A stretch of DNA of 64,000 bases from Bordetella parapertussis (GTDB lineage Bacteria; Pseudomonadota; Gammaproteobacteria; Burkholderiales; SG8-41): contig CAMBCF010000003.1 of the NCBI GenBank assembly GCA_945864585.1, positions 7,443 through 71,442 of the forward strand, written 5' to 3'. Below the pieces are notes generated by a model that searched no databases, was not told where the DNA came from, and saw nothing but the letters and a program-made list of their open reading frames with translations. Position numbers and translations under genes: made by a program. Shown one piece after another: positions 43,120 through 54,018 of this stretch (its first letter is position 1; each line of letters opens with the position of its first letter).

Positions 43120-43959
43120 TCAAGCCGCGGCATCGGATGCGGGCGGGTCTGCCGGTGGCGGGCGCTTGCGGAAGCGGTCCCAAATCCAATGCGCGTAGCC
43201 CGACAGCAAATACAGCAGAAACACCGCAAATAACAATTCGGGCAGGGTGCTGGCGAATACGAACAAAAACACAAATCCCATCGCGATGCCCACCAGCGCC
43301 GAAAACGGCACGCTCTTGCGCAAATTGATGTCTTTGCCGCTGTAGAACTTCAGATTGCTCACCATCGTCAAGCCGGTAAACACGGTCAGGCCCCAGGCGA
43401 TCCATTTCACATCCACGCCCTTGATTTGATACTCGTTCATCGCCCATACCAGCCCCGCCAGCACGCACGCGGCGGCGGGACTCGGCAAACCCTGAAAGTA
43501 ACGCTTATCAATGACGTCATGATTGGTATTAAAGCGCGCGAGGCGCAGCGCAGCGCACGCGCAATAGATAAACGCGGCGATCCAGCCGAGCTTGGTGGAG
43601 AGCCACGGCCCCAGCACCGGCACGGTTTTTGAAAAAGCGAAATCCCGCAACGCCCAGGTGTAAACCACCAGCGCGGGTGCCACACCAAACGACACCATAT
43701 CGGACAGGCTGTCGAGTTCCGCGCCGAAATCACTTTGCGTGCGCGTGAGCCGTGCAATGCGGCCATCAAGCCCGTCCAGCACCATAGCGGCAAAAATGCC
43801 GATTGCCGCATATTCAAAGTGCTCGTTCATCGCCTGCACAATGGCGTAAAAGCCCGAGAACAACGCCGCCAGGGTAAACAGGTTCGGCAGCCAGTAGATG
43901 CCGCGCCGGCTGAAACGGTTTTTGATAAACGGACGATTGCCGCCGGGCGGAAAGTTCAT
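43120..43959 (-). CDS. pssA: CDP-diacylglycerol--serine O-phosphatidyltransferase
   Basis: CDP-alcohol phosphatidyltransferase motif [26 protein letters not shown]. Confidence 0.9.
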   Translation of the reverse strand: MNFPPGGNRPFIKNRFSRRGIYWLPNLFTLAALFSGFYAIVQAMNEHFEYAAIGIFAAMVLDGLDGRIARLTRTQSDFGAELDSLSDMVSFGVAPALVVYTWALRDFAFSKTVPVLGPWLSTKLGWIAAFIYCACAALRLARFNTNHDVIDKRYFQGLPSPAAACVLAGLVWAMNEYQIKGVDVKWIAWGLTVFTGLTMVSNLKFYSGKDINLRKSVPFSALVGIAMGFVFLFVFASTLPELLFAVFLLYLLSGYAHWIWDRFRKRPPPADPPASDAAA

Positions 43960-44597
43960 GGCAGCACCGCAACGACGGACTGCGTCGCATACACGATGTC
44001 ACCTACCGCCACGCGTGGCGTGGCATCGAGCGGCAGATACAGATCGATACGCGAGCCGAAGCGGATGAACCCGAAGCGTTCGCCACGCGCGAGTTGCTGT
44101 CCGGTTTTCGCGTAACAAAGAATGCGCCGCGCCACCAAACCCGCCACTTGCACGCAGGTGACATCGGCGCCCGCGGGTGTTTTGATCCACAGCACGGCGC
44201 GCTCATTTTCAAGCGAGGCCTTGGCCAGCGCCGCATTGAAAAAGCGACCCGCGAAATACCAGGTGTTGCGCACCTCGCCATCCACCGGGCTGCGATTCGA
44301 GTGGGCATTGAATACGTTCATGAACACGCTGATTTTCAGCGCCTCGCGATTCAGGTAAGGGTCCCGCGCATGCTCCACCACCATCACGCGCCCGTCTGCG
44401 GGTGACAGCACCGCGCATGGGTCAGCAGGAATTGCGCGCGGCGGATCGCGAAAAAACTGGATCATGAACAGCAGCAGCATCCAGAAAAACACCGCCGTCG
44501 CCCATCCCGCGAAAGCATGCACGGCAACTGCCACCACCAACGCCAACGCGATAAATGGCCAACCTTCGCGGGCGATGATGGGGTGGGGGTAGGGCAT
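43956..44597 (-). CDS. psd: Phosphatidylserine decarboxylase family proenzyme (short form)
   Basis: 213 aa; FGSRIDL self-cleavage-site region; 4-nt overlap with pssA. Confidence 0.85.
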   Translation of the reverse strand: MPYPHPIIAREGWPFIALALVVAVAVHAFAGWATAVFFWMLLLFMIQFFRDPPRAIPADPCAVLSPADGRVMVVEHARDPYLNREALKISVFMNVFNAHSNRSPVDGEVRNTWYFAGRFFNAALAKASLENERAVLWIKTPAGADVTCVQVAGLVARRILCYAKTGQQLARGERFGFIRFGSRIDLYLPLDATPRVAVGDIVYATQSVVAVLP

Positions 44598-44656
44598 CGG
44601 TGAACGGGTGAACGAGTGAACGGGCGCTGGGGAACTTACCCGTTCACTTATTCACG
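44598..44656. repeat. Intercistronic hairpin built from GGTGAACG-type units (ilvC-psd spacer)
   Basis: CGGTGAACGGGTGAACGAGTGAACGGG (44598-24), loop of 14 nt, CCCGTTCACTTATTCACG (44639-56); starts 4 nt after the ilvC stop. Confidence 0.75.
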
Positions 44657-44660
44657 CCTT

Positions 44661-45761
<1,101 letters not shown>

Positions 45762-45768
45762 CTAAACG

Positions 45769-46260
45769 CTAAACTTTCAGCACCCTGTCGCCTCGTCCTA
45801 TGCCGGAAGCCCCGGTGCGCACGGTCTCAAGTATCGCGGCGCTTTCGATGGCCTTGAGGAACGCATCGAGCTTGGACCCGGTGCCGGTCAATTCGATGGT
45901 GTAATCCTTGTCGGTGACATCGATGATACGGCCACGGAAGATGTCGCACATGCGTTTCATTTCCTCGCGATCCTTGCCCACAGCGCGCACTTTGACCAGC
46001 ATCAACTCACGTTCGATGTGTTCGCCGTCGGACAGATCAACCACTTTGACCACATCGATCAGCTTGTTGAGTTGTTTGGTTATTTGCTCGATAACTTCGT
46101 CAGAACCGCTGGTGACCACGGTCATGCGCGACAGTGTCGCGTCTTCGGTGGGCGCCACGGTTAACGATTCGATATTGTAGCCACGCGCGGAAAATAGTCC
46201 CGCCACGCGCGACAAGGCGCCGGCTTCATTCTCCAGCAATACTGAAATGATATGTCTCAT
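45769..46260 (-). CDS. ilvN: Acetolactate synthase small (regulatory) subunit
   Basis: MRHIISVLLENEAGALSRVAGLFSARGYNIESLTVAPTED ACT domain; 163 aa. Confidence 0.95.
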   Translation of the reverse strand: MRHIISVLLENEAGALSRVAGLFSARGYNIESLTVAPTEDATLSRMTVVTSGSDEVIEQITKQLNKLIDVVKVVDLSDGEHIERELMLVKVRAVGKDREEMKRMCDIFRGRIIDVTDKDYTIELTGTGSKLDAFLKAIESAAILETVRTGASGIGRGDRVLKV

Positions 46261-46270
46261 CTTGTTACGC

Positions 46271-47968
46271 TTATACCAGGGTCATTTCCGACAAGCCCTT
46301 GCCGGCGGGCACCATCGGAAACACGTTTTCGGTCTGATCGGTAATGAAATCCATGAACACCAGGTCCTTCTTGCGCGCGAAGGCTTCCTTCAACGCCGCT
46401 TCTACATCGGACGGTTTGTCGATGAGCATGCCGACGTGTCCGTACGACTCCGCCAGTTTCACAAAATCCGGCAGCGCATCCATGTACGATTCCGCGTAGC
46501 GGTTGCCATGAAAAAACTCCTGCCACTGCCGCACCATGCCCATGTAACGGTTGTTCAGATTCACCAGCTTGATCGGCAATTTATATTGCTTGCAGGTCGA
46601 AAGTTCCTGTATGCACATCTGAATGCTGGCCTCGCCGGTAACGCAAGCCACCGTCGACTTCGGGTTGCCGAGTTGCGCACCCATCGCGGCAGGCAAGCCA
46701 AAGCCCATGGTGCCGAGGCCGCCGGAGTTGATCCAGCGCCGCGGCTTGGTGAATTTGTAAAACTGCGCGGCCCACATTTGATGCTGCCCCACATCCGAGG
46801 TGATGATGGCATCGCCCTTGGTGATTTCATAGAGCTTTTGCACCACGAACTGCGGCTTGATAAGGGCGCTGGCGCGGTCATACTTCAGACAATCGCGGCC
46901 GCGCCATTCTTCGATCTGCGCCCACCAGCTTTTGAGCGCCGGGGCGTCCGCCACAACTTTGGCGGCTTCCAGTTGTTTGTTGAATTCCCTGAGCACATCG
47001 CGCGCATTGCCAACGATGGGCACATCGACCTTGACACGCTTGGAGATGGACGAGGGATCCACGTCAATATGAATGATGGTGCGCTGCGGATCAAAGAAAT
47101 GTTTCGGATTGCCGATCACACGGTCATCGAAACGCGCGCCGATCGCGAACAGCACGTCGCAATTCTGCATTGCGAGATTGGCTTCGTAAGTGCCATGCAT
47201 ACCGAGCATGCCGACAAACTGACGGTCGGTCGCCGGGTAGCCGCCAAGTCCCATCAAGGTGTTGGTGCAGGGAAAACCCAGGGTTCTCACCAACTGCGTT
47301 AATTCCACCGACGCATCGCCAAGAATCACACCGCCGCCGGCATAGATCATCGGGCGCTTGGCGGTGGCCAGCAATTGAATGGCTTTTTTGATTTGCCCGG
47401 GATGACCCTTGCTCACCGGGTTGTAAGAACGCATATTTACCTTATCCGGGTATGAAAACTCGGCTTTGGCGGCAGTAATATCCTTGGGTATATCCACCAC
47501 CACCGGACCCGGACGCCCGGTGGCGGCGATGTAGAACGCTTTCTTGATGGTGCTGGCAATATCCTTCGCTTCGCGCACCAGGAAATTGTGTTTGACGCAT
47601 GGGCGGGTAATACCCACCGTGTCGCACTCTTGAAACGCATCTTCGCCGATGGCGTAGGTGGGCACCTGGCCGGTGATCACTACCAGCGGTATGGAATCCG
47701 TGTACGCAGTGGCGATACCGGTAACAGCATTGGTTACGCCAGGCCCGGAAGTGACCAGCGCTACGCCCACCTTGTTGGTCGAACGCGCGTAGCCGTCTGC
47801 GGCGTGTAAAGCGCCCTGCTCGTGGCGCACCAGTATGTGCTTGACCTTGTTCTGCTTGAACAACTCGTCGTAAATATAGAGGACGGCGCCGCCTGGATAG
47901 CCAAACACATGCTCGACGCCCTCTGCCTGAAGGCAACGAATTACAATCTCGGCACCGGTTAATTGCAT
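46271..47968 (-). CDS. ilvI: Acetolactate synthase large (catalytic) subunit, biosynthetic type
   Basis: ORF trimmed to the ATG at 47968 (MQLTGAEIVIRCLQAEGVEHVFGYPGG); ThDP motif GLGTMGFGLPAAMGA. Confidence 0.95.
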   Translation of the reverse strand: MQLTGAEIVIRCLQAEGVEHVFGYPGGAVLYIYDELFKQNKVKHILVRHEQGALHAADGYARSTNKVGVALVTSGPGVTNAVTGIATAYTDSIPLVVITGQVPTYAIGEDAFQECDTVGITRPCVKHNFLVREAKDIASTIKKAFYIAATGRPGPVVVDIPKDITAAKAEFSYPDKVNMRSYNPVSKGHPGQIKKAIQLLATAKRPMIYAGGGVILGDASVELTQLVRTLGFPCTNTLMGLGGYPATDRQFVGMLGMHGTYEANLAMQNCDVLFAIGARFDDRVIGNPKHFFDPQRTIIHIDVDPSSISKRVKVDVPIVGNARDVLREFNKQLEAAKVVADAPALKSWWAQIEEWRGRDCLKYDRASALIKPQFVVQKLYEITKGDAIITSDVGQHQMWAAQFYKFTKPRRWINSGGLGTMGFGLPAAMGAQLGNPKSTVACVTGEASIQMCIQELSTCKQYKLPIKLVNLNNRYMGMVRQWQEFFHGNRYAESYMDALPDFVKLAESYGHVGMLIDKPSDVEAALKEAFARKKDLVFMDFITDQTENVFPMVPAGKGLSEMTLV

Positions 47969-48110
47969 GGCAAACGTAACCCTAGTAAAAGATAGGCCCA
48001 AAACGGACGCATGAAAGAGCGAGCGGCTGAAAGCCACAGCCCAAATTTAAGCGCGCGGAAACCTTATAGACTACCTTTTACGGCGCGCCGGGTCAAGGGA
48101 GATTTAGTAA

Positions 48111-48130
48111 AACTGTTTTGTAAACAGTAT
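48111..48130. promoter_or_regulatory. Candidate LexA (SOS) box AACTGTTTTGTAAACAGTAT
   Basis: CTGT-N8-ACAG with an AT-rich spacer in the divergent ilvI / ECF-sigma intergenic region, overlapping a TTAGTA-N18-TATGAT promoter-like sequence; the bare core is expected about once by chance in a window of this size. Confidence 0.3.
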
Positions 48131-48289
48131 GATAGCTGCATTTCATCAGGCGGGTTCGCGATCCCTTTCGCGGTCTTCGCGCGCTTTTGCTAAGATGCGC
48201 GGGAACGGTCAGGGCGCGCTGCCGCTGTCACCGCGAGTAACGCTGGCGGAACTACGGCTCGGCTGCGCGGTGAATCGCAACAGAGTAAA

Positions 48290-48877
48290 TTGCACATAGA
48301 GGCAGCCGAACTGGCTACATACAAGGAACTGGCGGACTTCCTCGCCGAGGTGGAACGCCGCGCCTACAAGCAGGCCATGTATGCCGTGCGCGACGAACAT
48401 ACCGCGTTGGATATCGTTCAGGATGCGATGCTGAAACTGTCGGAAAAATATGCTGATCGACCGCCTGCAGAGTTGCCGCCGCTGTTTCAGCGCATCCTGC
48501 AGAACACGATTCGCGATTTTTACCGCCGGCAAAAAGTGCGGTCAATGTGGACTACACCCATATCCTCGTTGATCAATGAAGATTCCGAGGGCGATCACGA
48601 TCCGCTGGAAACTCTGGAAGTCGAGAACGAGTCGGCCGACGCAGCGCCACCACTGCAACTACTGGAGCGCGCACAAACCCTTGCCTTCATTGAAAAGGCG
48701 CTGGCCAAGCTGCCACCCCGTCAACGCCAGGCCTTTGTTCTGCGTTATTGGGAGGAAATGGACGTTGCTGAAGCCGCACAAGCTATGGGTTGCTCTGAGG
48801 GCAGTGTAAAAACGCATTGCTCCCGCGCAACGCATACGCTCGCAGAAACGTTGAAAAAACAGGGTATTACGCTATGA
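48290..48877 (+). CDS. ECF-type RNA polymerase sigma-70 family factor
   Basis: Region 2 (ALDIVQDAMLKL, FQRILQNTIRDFYRRQ) and region 4 (RQRQAFVLRYWEEMDVAEAAQAMGCSEGSVKTH); TTG start is uncertain. Confidence 0.85.
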   Translation: MHIEAAELATYKELADFLAEVERRAYKQAMYAVRDEHTALDIVQDAMLKLSEKYADRPPAELPPLFQRILQNTIRDFYRRQKVRSMWTTPISSLINEDSEGDHDPLETLEVENESADAAPPLQLLERAQTLAFIEKALAKLPPRQRQAFVLRYWEEMDVAEAAQAMGCSEGSVKTHCSRATHTLAETLKKQGITL

Positions 48878-49278
48878 ATGCACAACAAGATCACGAGCTG
48901 GCAAGAAAAATAGTCGGGCTGCTCAATCAGGGCGCGCGTGAAATGGACGCCGCCACGGCGGCGAAATTGCTCCAAGTGCGTAAGGAAGCGCTTGCTCACT
49001 TTCAGCAAAGGCCGGCACACGCATGGGTTCCCGAATGGGCCGGCGCGGCCGCCGGTCGCCTTGGACTGGATCGATTTAGCGAACCGTTTAGTTATAATCT
49101 GCGTGCCGGATTTGTGCTTTTGGCGCTGCTGACGTCGCTTGCCGGTGTGGTCACATGGCAGACTTTTAGCCAGCAAGGCAGCGACATCGCGGATATCGAC
49201 GAAGGCTTGCTTACCGGTGAGCTGCCGATCAACGCCTATCTCGACAAAGGTTTCGACTCGTGGTTAAAGCGGCCCTAA
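48874..49278 (+). CDS. DUF3619-like membrane protein (putative anti-sigma partner)
   Basis: ATGA overlap with the sigma gene; one TM helix; family conserved next to this sigma type, as far as I recall. Confidence 0.65.
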   Translation: MNAQQDHELARKIVGLLNQGAREMDAATAAKLLQVRKEALAHFQQRPAHAWVPEWAGAAAGRLGLDRFSEPFSYNLRAGFVLLALLTSLAGVVTWQTFSQQGSDIADIDEGLLTGELPINAYLDKGFDSWLKRP

Positions 49279-49703
49279 TACTGATAACCAGCTTTTTTAT
49301 CGCATACGGCGCCGCCGCGCAGCAAGCGCAGAACGGCGGCGCAACGGGTAAATCGCCGCGTCCGCTGTGGTCTGAGCTTTCACCGAAGCAGCAGGCTGTG
49401 CTCGCGCCGCTGGCAGCGGATTGGGACAAACTTGACACCACGCGCCGCAAAAAGTGGGTCACCATCGCCAACCGTTACCAGAAAATGAAGCCCGATGAAC
49501 AGCAACGCCTGCAGACCCGCATGCAGGCGTGGGCGCAACTGACGCCCGCGCAACGCCGGGTCGCGCGCGAAAACTACAAAGCGTTGCGACAATTGCCGCG
49601 TCCTCAGCGCGGCGAACTGCGGCAAAAGTGGCAGCAGCATCAGCAGTCGCCCTCGCCGCCACCCGCCGCAACGGACGCTACGGCAGACACACCCGGCAAG
49701 TGA
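49260..49703 (+). CDS. DUF3106-like secreted protein
   Basis: Signal peptide; repeated W..L.P.QQ/RR helical motifs (LSPKQQAVLAPLAADWDKLD, LTPAQRRVARENY). Confidence 0.65.
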   Translation: MVKAALILITSFFIAYGAAAQQAQNGGATGKSPRPLWSELSPKQQAVLAPLAADWDKLDTTRRKKWVTIANRYQKMKPDEQQRLQTRMQAWAQLTPAQRRVARENYKALRQLPRPQRGELRQKWQQHQQSPSPPPAATDATADTPGK

Positions 49704-50149
49704 CCACAGGCACGCCCGGCGCTGCCAACGTCGATGGCGCAAGCCGCGCAAGCTTAAAGCGGCGGCTCATCAGTCTCATCTACGAAGCCCTGATCCAGGC
49801 TGCCGTACTGTTGGCCGGCACGCTGCCGGTAGTGATGCTCACACGCACATGGGAACCCGTCATCGCACGCACCACCCTGCAGGTTTGGCTGGTGGTCCTT
49901 TGCGCCTGCTTTTATGTATGGCAATGGACGGGCACGGGACAGACGCTGCCCATGAAAACATGGGGGCTGCGGTTGGTATCGAAAGACGGTTCGCCGCTCA
50001 GCCGCACCCGCGCGCTGCTGCGTTACGCGGGTGCACTCGCCAGCGTTGCCACACTGGGCCTCGGCTTTGCGTGGGCGTTAGTGGATCGGGAGTCGCAGTT
50101 TCTGCACGATCGCCTGGCGGGCACCCGCCTGGTAACGACGGGTGAATGA
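49700..50149 (+). CDS. RDD family membrane protein
   Basis: GTG at 49700 overlaps the upstream stop (GTGA); KRRLISLIYEALI, GQTLPMKTWGLRLV and FLHDRLAGTRLV motifs. Confidence 0.7.
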   Translation: MTTGTPGAANVDGASRASLKRRLISLIYEALIQAAVLLAGTLPVVMLTRTWEPVIARTTLQVWLVVLCACFYVWQWTGTGQTLPMKTWGLRLVSKDGSPLSRTRALLRYAGALASVATLGLGFAWALVDRESQFLHDRLAGTRLVTTGE

Positions 50150-50167
50150 GCGGATGCGCGGGGCAGC

Positions 50168-51241
50168 CTAGCGCCGCTCTTGCTGCCACAACATCGCCAA
50201 CGCCATGCACAAAAACGCCGCTGTCGGCAACAACGCGCTGGCCGGCGCCGGCCAGTCATTCAGCAGACCCAGGTGCGCCGAAAGCTGATTCAGAAAATAA
50301 AATGCCAGTCCCAGCATGATGCCGGCGAATATGCGCCCGCCCACGCCGCCCTGACGCCGCTGAAAATACGCAAACGGCAACGCCAGTATCATCATCGTCA
50401 GCACCGCCAGCGGATAGGTGATCTTCGACCACAGGGCGATTTCGTAGCGCAGTGATTTCTGGCGATTCTCGCGCAAATGCTGCGCAAACGAATGCAGGCT
50501 GGTCGCCGACATTTGTTCCGGCTGCACCATCAACACGTTAAGCAATCGCGGCTCCAGCACCGAACTCCAGTCGGCCACCGACGTTTTTTCGACCGTAGTA
50601 CGCACTTCGGTGAACGAGGTCGTTACAACGTCGCCCAGCAACCACTGGCGCTCGCCCTGATACACGCCACTTTGCGCCGAACGTACCGACCGCAAACGCA
50701 AAGCGTCGTCGAATTCATATATGTGCACACCTTTCAGTTGTCCGGCGCTGGTCACTTCGCGCACATTGATAAAACTTTTGTCATCCTTCAGCCACAACCC
50801 GGAGCGAAACTCCTGCGCGACGATGCCGGTGATCGCGCGCGAACGCAATTGCTGCGCCAGTTGCTCCGACACCGGCCCGATGTATTCGCCAAAACCAAAG
50901 GTCAGCCCCGCGAACAGCAGCCCCGCGCTTAATATCGCGCCCAGCACGCGTGTCACCGACACCCCCGCCGTGCGCATCACCGTGTATTCGGAACTGGCCA
51001 CCAGTTGCGCCAATGCAAACAGGGTGCCGATCAGCGCGGCTATCGGAAAAATCTCGTAGACATGCGTCGGCACCGACAACAGCACATGGCGCACCACGTG
51101 CCGCAGTTGATAGCCGCCGCGGCCCAGGTCTTTAATCTCTTCAACCAGATCAAAGAACGCAAACAGCATCAACAGCGCCGCCATCACCATGGCGCTGGCC
51201 AATACAATCTCGCGGACAATATAACGGCGCAGCGTTTTCAT
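50168..51241 (-). CDS. lptG: LPS export ABC transporter permease LptG
   Basis: 357 aa YjgP/YjgQ family protein, second gene of a pair divergent from pepA. Confidence 0.9.
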   Translation of the reverse strand: MKTLRRYIVREIVLASAMVMAALLMLFAFFDLVEEIKDLGRGGYQLRHVVRHVLLSVPTHVYEIFPIAALIGTLFALAQLVASSEYTVMRTAGVSVTRVLGAILSAGLLFAGLTFGFGEYIGPVSEQLAQQLRSRAITGIVAQEFRSGLWLKDDKSFINVREVTSAGQLKGVHIYEFDDALRLRSVRSAQSGVYQGERQWLLGDVVTTSFTEVRTTVEKTSVADWSSVLEPRLLNVLMVQPEQMSATSLHSFAQHLRENRQKSLRYEIALWSKITYPLAVLTMMILALPFAYFQRRQGGVGGRIFAGIMLGLAFYFLNQLSAHLGLLNDWPAPASALLPTAAFLCMALAMLWQQERR

Positions 51242-51242
51242 C

Positions 51243-52325
51243 TCATTGCCGTTTCATCAACCGCCGCAACGAAAACACACTGAGCCGGTGGTAGAACAGC
51301 GCAATTAACAGCACCGCCACCGTCGCATGCACCAGCAGCAGGCCCGGCGCCAGCGCGATGCGCGATTGCGCGATATACGCCTGCACCACCGACAGCAGAT
51401 TGACGTAAATCATGTACACGAGTACTGCGATAATCAGGTTGATCGAACGGCCGGCACGGGGATTAACGAAGGCGAGCGGGATCGCCAGCAGCGCCAGCAA
51501 GAGTGCGCTCAACGGCAGGCCGATGCGCCACGACAATTCACCCAGATGGCGCGGTTCGTCCTGCTCTATCAACGCCAGTGTGTGCGTATTTTTGGTGCCC
51601 GGCGCGCGCAGCGCTTCGCGCGCTTCGATGCGCATGGCGTGGCGCTCGAATTCATAAATCCTGAAATCTGCGCGGCCCGGTGCACCCTCGTAACGGTGCC
51701 CGTTCAGCAACACCAAAAAGCGATCGCCGTTGGGCGCGGTTTCCTGAAACCCTTGCCGCGCCACCATGACGCCGACTTTGCCGTGCTGCGTGGAACTTAC
51801 AAAAACGTTGGCGACGTGATTGTCGCTGCCGGAAACCGCTTCGACAAAATAAACACGGTCGGCCTGCCGTGATTCGCGAAACACGCCCGGCAACAGGGAA
51901 GACGCATCGTCGCGGCTGTCGAGAATTTTGCGATAGTCCTCGGCCTTGCCCGCGGCCCACGGCGACAGGCCCAGCCCCAGCAGCGCAATGGTAAACACCA
52001 GCGGCAGCGCAAACATCAGCACCGGCTTGATCCAGCGCGCGAGGCTCAAGCCGCCCGAAAACCACACTACCATCTCCGAATCGCGGTAAGCACGGCTGAT
52101 GGTCATCAGCACGGCTATGAACAGCGTCAGCGACAGCAGCGTCGGCAGCAATCCGATCGAGGTAAAGCCCAGCAACGCGATCACGCTGGTCGAAGTGATC
52201 GAGCCGCCCGCCGCCAGCGCCAGCAACCGCACCAGTTGCGTGGTAAGCACTATGCCCAGCAACACCAGAAAAGTTGCCAGCGCGGTACTGGTTAACTCGC
52301 GCAGCAGGGTCTTGTGAAATAGCAT
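51243..52325 (-). CDS. lptF: LPS export ABC transporter permease LptF
   Basis: 360 aa YjgP/YjgQ family protein, divergent from pepA as in the canonical arrangement. Confidence 0.9.
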   Translation of the reverse strand: MLFHKTLLRELTSTALATFLVLLGIVLTTQLVRLLALAAGGSITSTSVIALLGFTSIGLLPTLLSLTLFIAVLMTISRAYRDSEMVVWFSGGLSLARWIKPVLMFALPLVFTIALLGLGLSPWAAGKAEDYRKILDSRDDASSLLPGVFRESRQADRVYFVEAVSGSDNHVANVFVSSTQHGKVGVMVARQGFQETAPNGDRFLVLLNGHRYEGAPGRADFRIYEFERHAMRIEAREALRAPGTKNTHTLALIEQDEPRHLGELSWRIGLPLSALLLALLAIPLAFVNPRAGRSINLIIAVLVYMIYVNLLSVVQAYIAQSRIALAPGLLLVHATVAVLLIALFYHRLSVFSLRRLMKRQ

Positions 52326-52434
52326 GCGGGCATTTTGCTTTTCAGGGAAAAACCGCCGATAATCAGAACCCTATCGCTGCACATTTTTCGATGTGTTGCG
52401 GTGAGTTTCAATGTGTTTCGATGAGGAGTCTGCC

Positions 52435-53928
52435 GTGGAATTTAGCACAAAAAGCATTGCGCCGGGATTGTCAAAAACCGGCTGCGCGGTTGTGGGTGTA
52501 TTCGAATCACGCAAACTTTCAGCGCCTGCCGCCGCACTCGATGGCGTGGCAAAAGGTTATCTCACACAAGCCGTGAAAAGCGGTGACATGGATGGGCGTG
52601 CCGGTAGCGTATTGATGCTGCACCGAGTGCCCCACAGCGCCTGCGAACGCGTGCTGTTGGCCGGACTGGGGCCGGAAAAATCGTTCAATGAAAAAGCGTT
52701 TCGCAACGCGCTGGGTAGCGCGCTACGCGCTGTCAGCGCCACCGGAGCGGTGGATGCGCAACTTCATCTTACCGCGCTGGACGCTGGCGCTTCAGACATC
52801 ACCTGGCGCGTCACACAGGCGGCCATGCTTGCCATCGACGCGGCCTATCGCTTTGAACAAATGAAAAGCAAGCGCGAGAATCCGCCCGCGGCGTTGCAGC
52901 GGCTTACCTTCACCTACGCCCAGGCCAGAGAGCGCAAAGGCGCGCAACGCGGGCTCGCGCAAGGCGTCGCGTTGGGCCACGGCGTGAGCCTCGCCAAGGA
53001 TCTCGGCAATCTGCCGGGCAATGTGTGTACACCCGCCTACCTCGCGCGTGAAGCGCGCGAACTCGGCAAGCGCTACAAAATGAAAGTCAAAGTGCTGGAA
53101 CGCGCTGACATGAAAAAACTCGGCATGGGCTCACTGTTGTCTGTAGCGCGCGGCAGTGCGGAACCGCCCAAGCTGATAGTGCTTGAATATAACGGCGGAC
53201 CGCGGCGTCAAAAGCCTGTGGTGCTGGTCGGCAAAGGCGTAACCTTCGACACCGGCGGCATATCGCTCAAGCCCGCGTCAGAAATGGACGAAATGAAATT
53301 CGACATGAGCGGCGCGGGCAGCGTGTTGGGCGCCTTGCGCGCCATCGGCGAAATGCGTCTGCCGCTGAACGTTGTCGGCATTATTCCCGCCACCGAAAAC
53401 ATGCCCGGCAGCCGCGCCACCAAACCCGGCGATATCGTCACCAGCATGTCGGGGCAGACGGTGGAGATTTTAAATACCGATGCCGAAGGGCGCCTGATCC
53501 TGTGCGATGCGCTCACCTATGCCGAACGTTATCAACCAGTGGCGGTGATCGACATCGCCACGCTCACCGGCGCGTGCGTGATCGCGCTCGGCCACGTGGT
53601 CAGCGGTCTGTTCGCCAACGACGAACCCCTGGCGCATGAAATTCTGGCGGCGGGAGACACCATACACGACCGCGCGTGGCGCCTGCCGTTGCACGATGAA
53701 TATCAGGATCAACTGAAGAGCAATTTCGCCGATTTCGCCAACATCGGCGGGCGTCCGGCGGGCGCGGTGACCGCGGCCTGCTACCTGTCGCGTTTCGCCA
53801 AGAAATTCAAATGGGCGCATCTGGATGTTGCGGGTACCGCGTGGAAATCCGGCAAGGAGAAAGGCTCCAGTGGACGGCCAGTGCCGTTACTGACCCAGTT
53901 CCTGATCGGCCGCACGATACAGAAGTGA
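52435..53928 (+). CDS. pepA: Leucyl aminopeptidase (M17)
   Basis: GTG at 52435 after GAGGAG; VGKGVTFDTGGISLKP and NTDAEGRL motifs. Confidence 0.95.
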   Translation: MEFSTKSIAPGLSKTGCAVVGVFESRKLSAPAAALDGVAKGYLTQAVKSGDMDGRAGSVLMLHRVPHSACERVLLAGLGPEKSFNEKAFRNALGSALRAVSATGAVDAQLHLTALDAGASDITWRVTQAAMLAIDAAYRFEQMKSKRENPPAALQRLTFTYAQARERKGAQRGLAQGVALGHGVSLAKDLGNLPGNVCTPAYLAREARELGKRYKMKVKVLERADMKKLGMGSLLSVARGSAEPPKLIVLEYNGGPRRQKPVVLVGKGVTFDTGGISLKPASEMDEMKFDMSGAGSVLGALRAIGEMRLPLNVVGIIPATENMPGSRATKPGDIVTSMSGQTVEILNTDAEGRLILCDALTYAERYQPVAVIDIATLTGACVIALGHVVSGLFANDEPLAHEILAAGDTIHDRAWRLPLHDEYQDQLKSNFADFANIGGRPAGAVTAACYLSRFAKKFKWAHLDVAGTAWKSGKEKGSSGRPVPLLTQFLIGRTIQK

Positions 53929-54018
53929 TGATCGTTGAAATAAAAAATATTGTTTAAAATCAATAGTTTATACTGATACCACGAGCGTGCTGCACCACCC
54001 CGTCCAGCCCTCAAACTC

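Noticed and set aside
46247-47302. 351-aa plus-strand ORF overlapping ilvI
   Set aside because: It is antisense to an unambiguous acetolactate synthase gene and has shadow-ORF composition.
47969-48110. Leader-peptide attenuator upstream of ilvI
   Set aside because: I found a plausible TTGACC-N17-TAGTCT promoter, but no Val/Leu/Ile-rich mini-ORF and no terminator/antiterminator pair in the 5' UTR.
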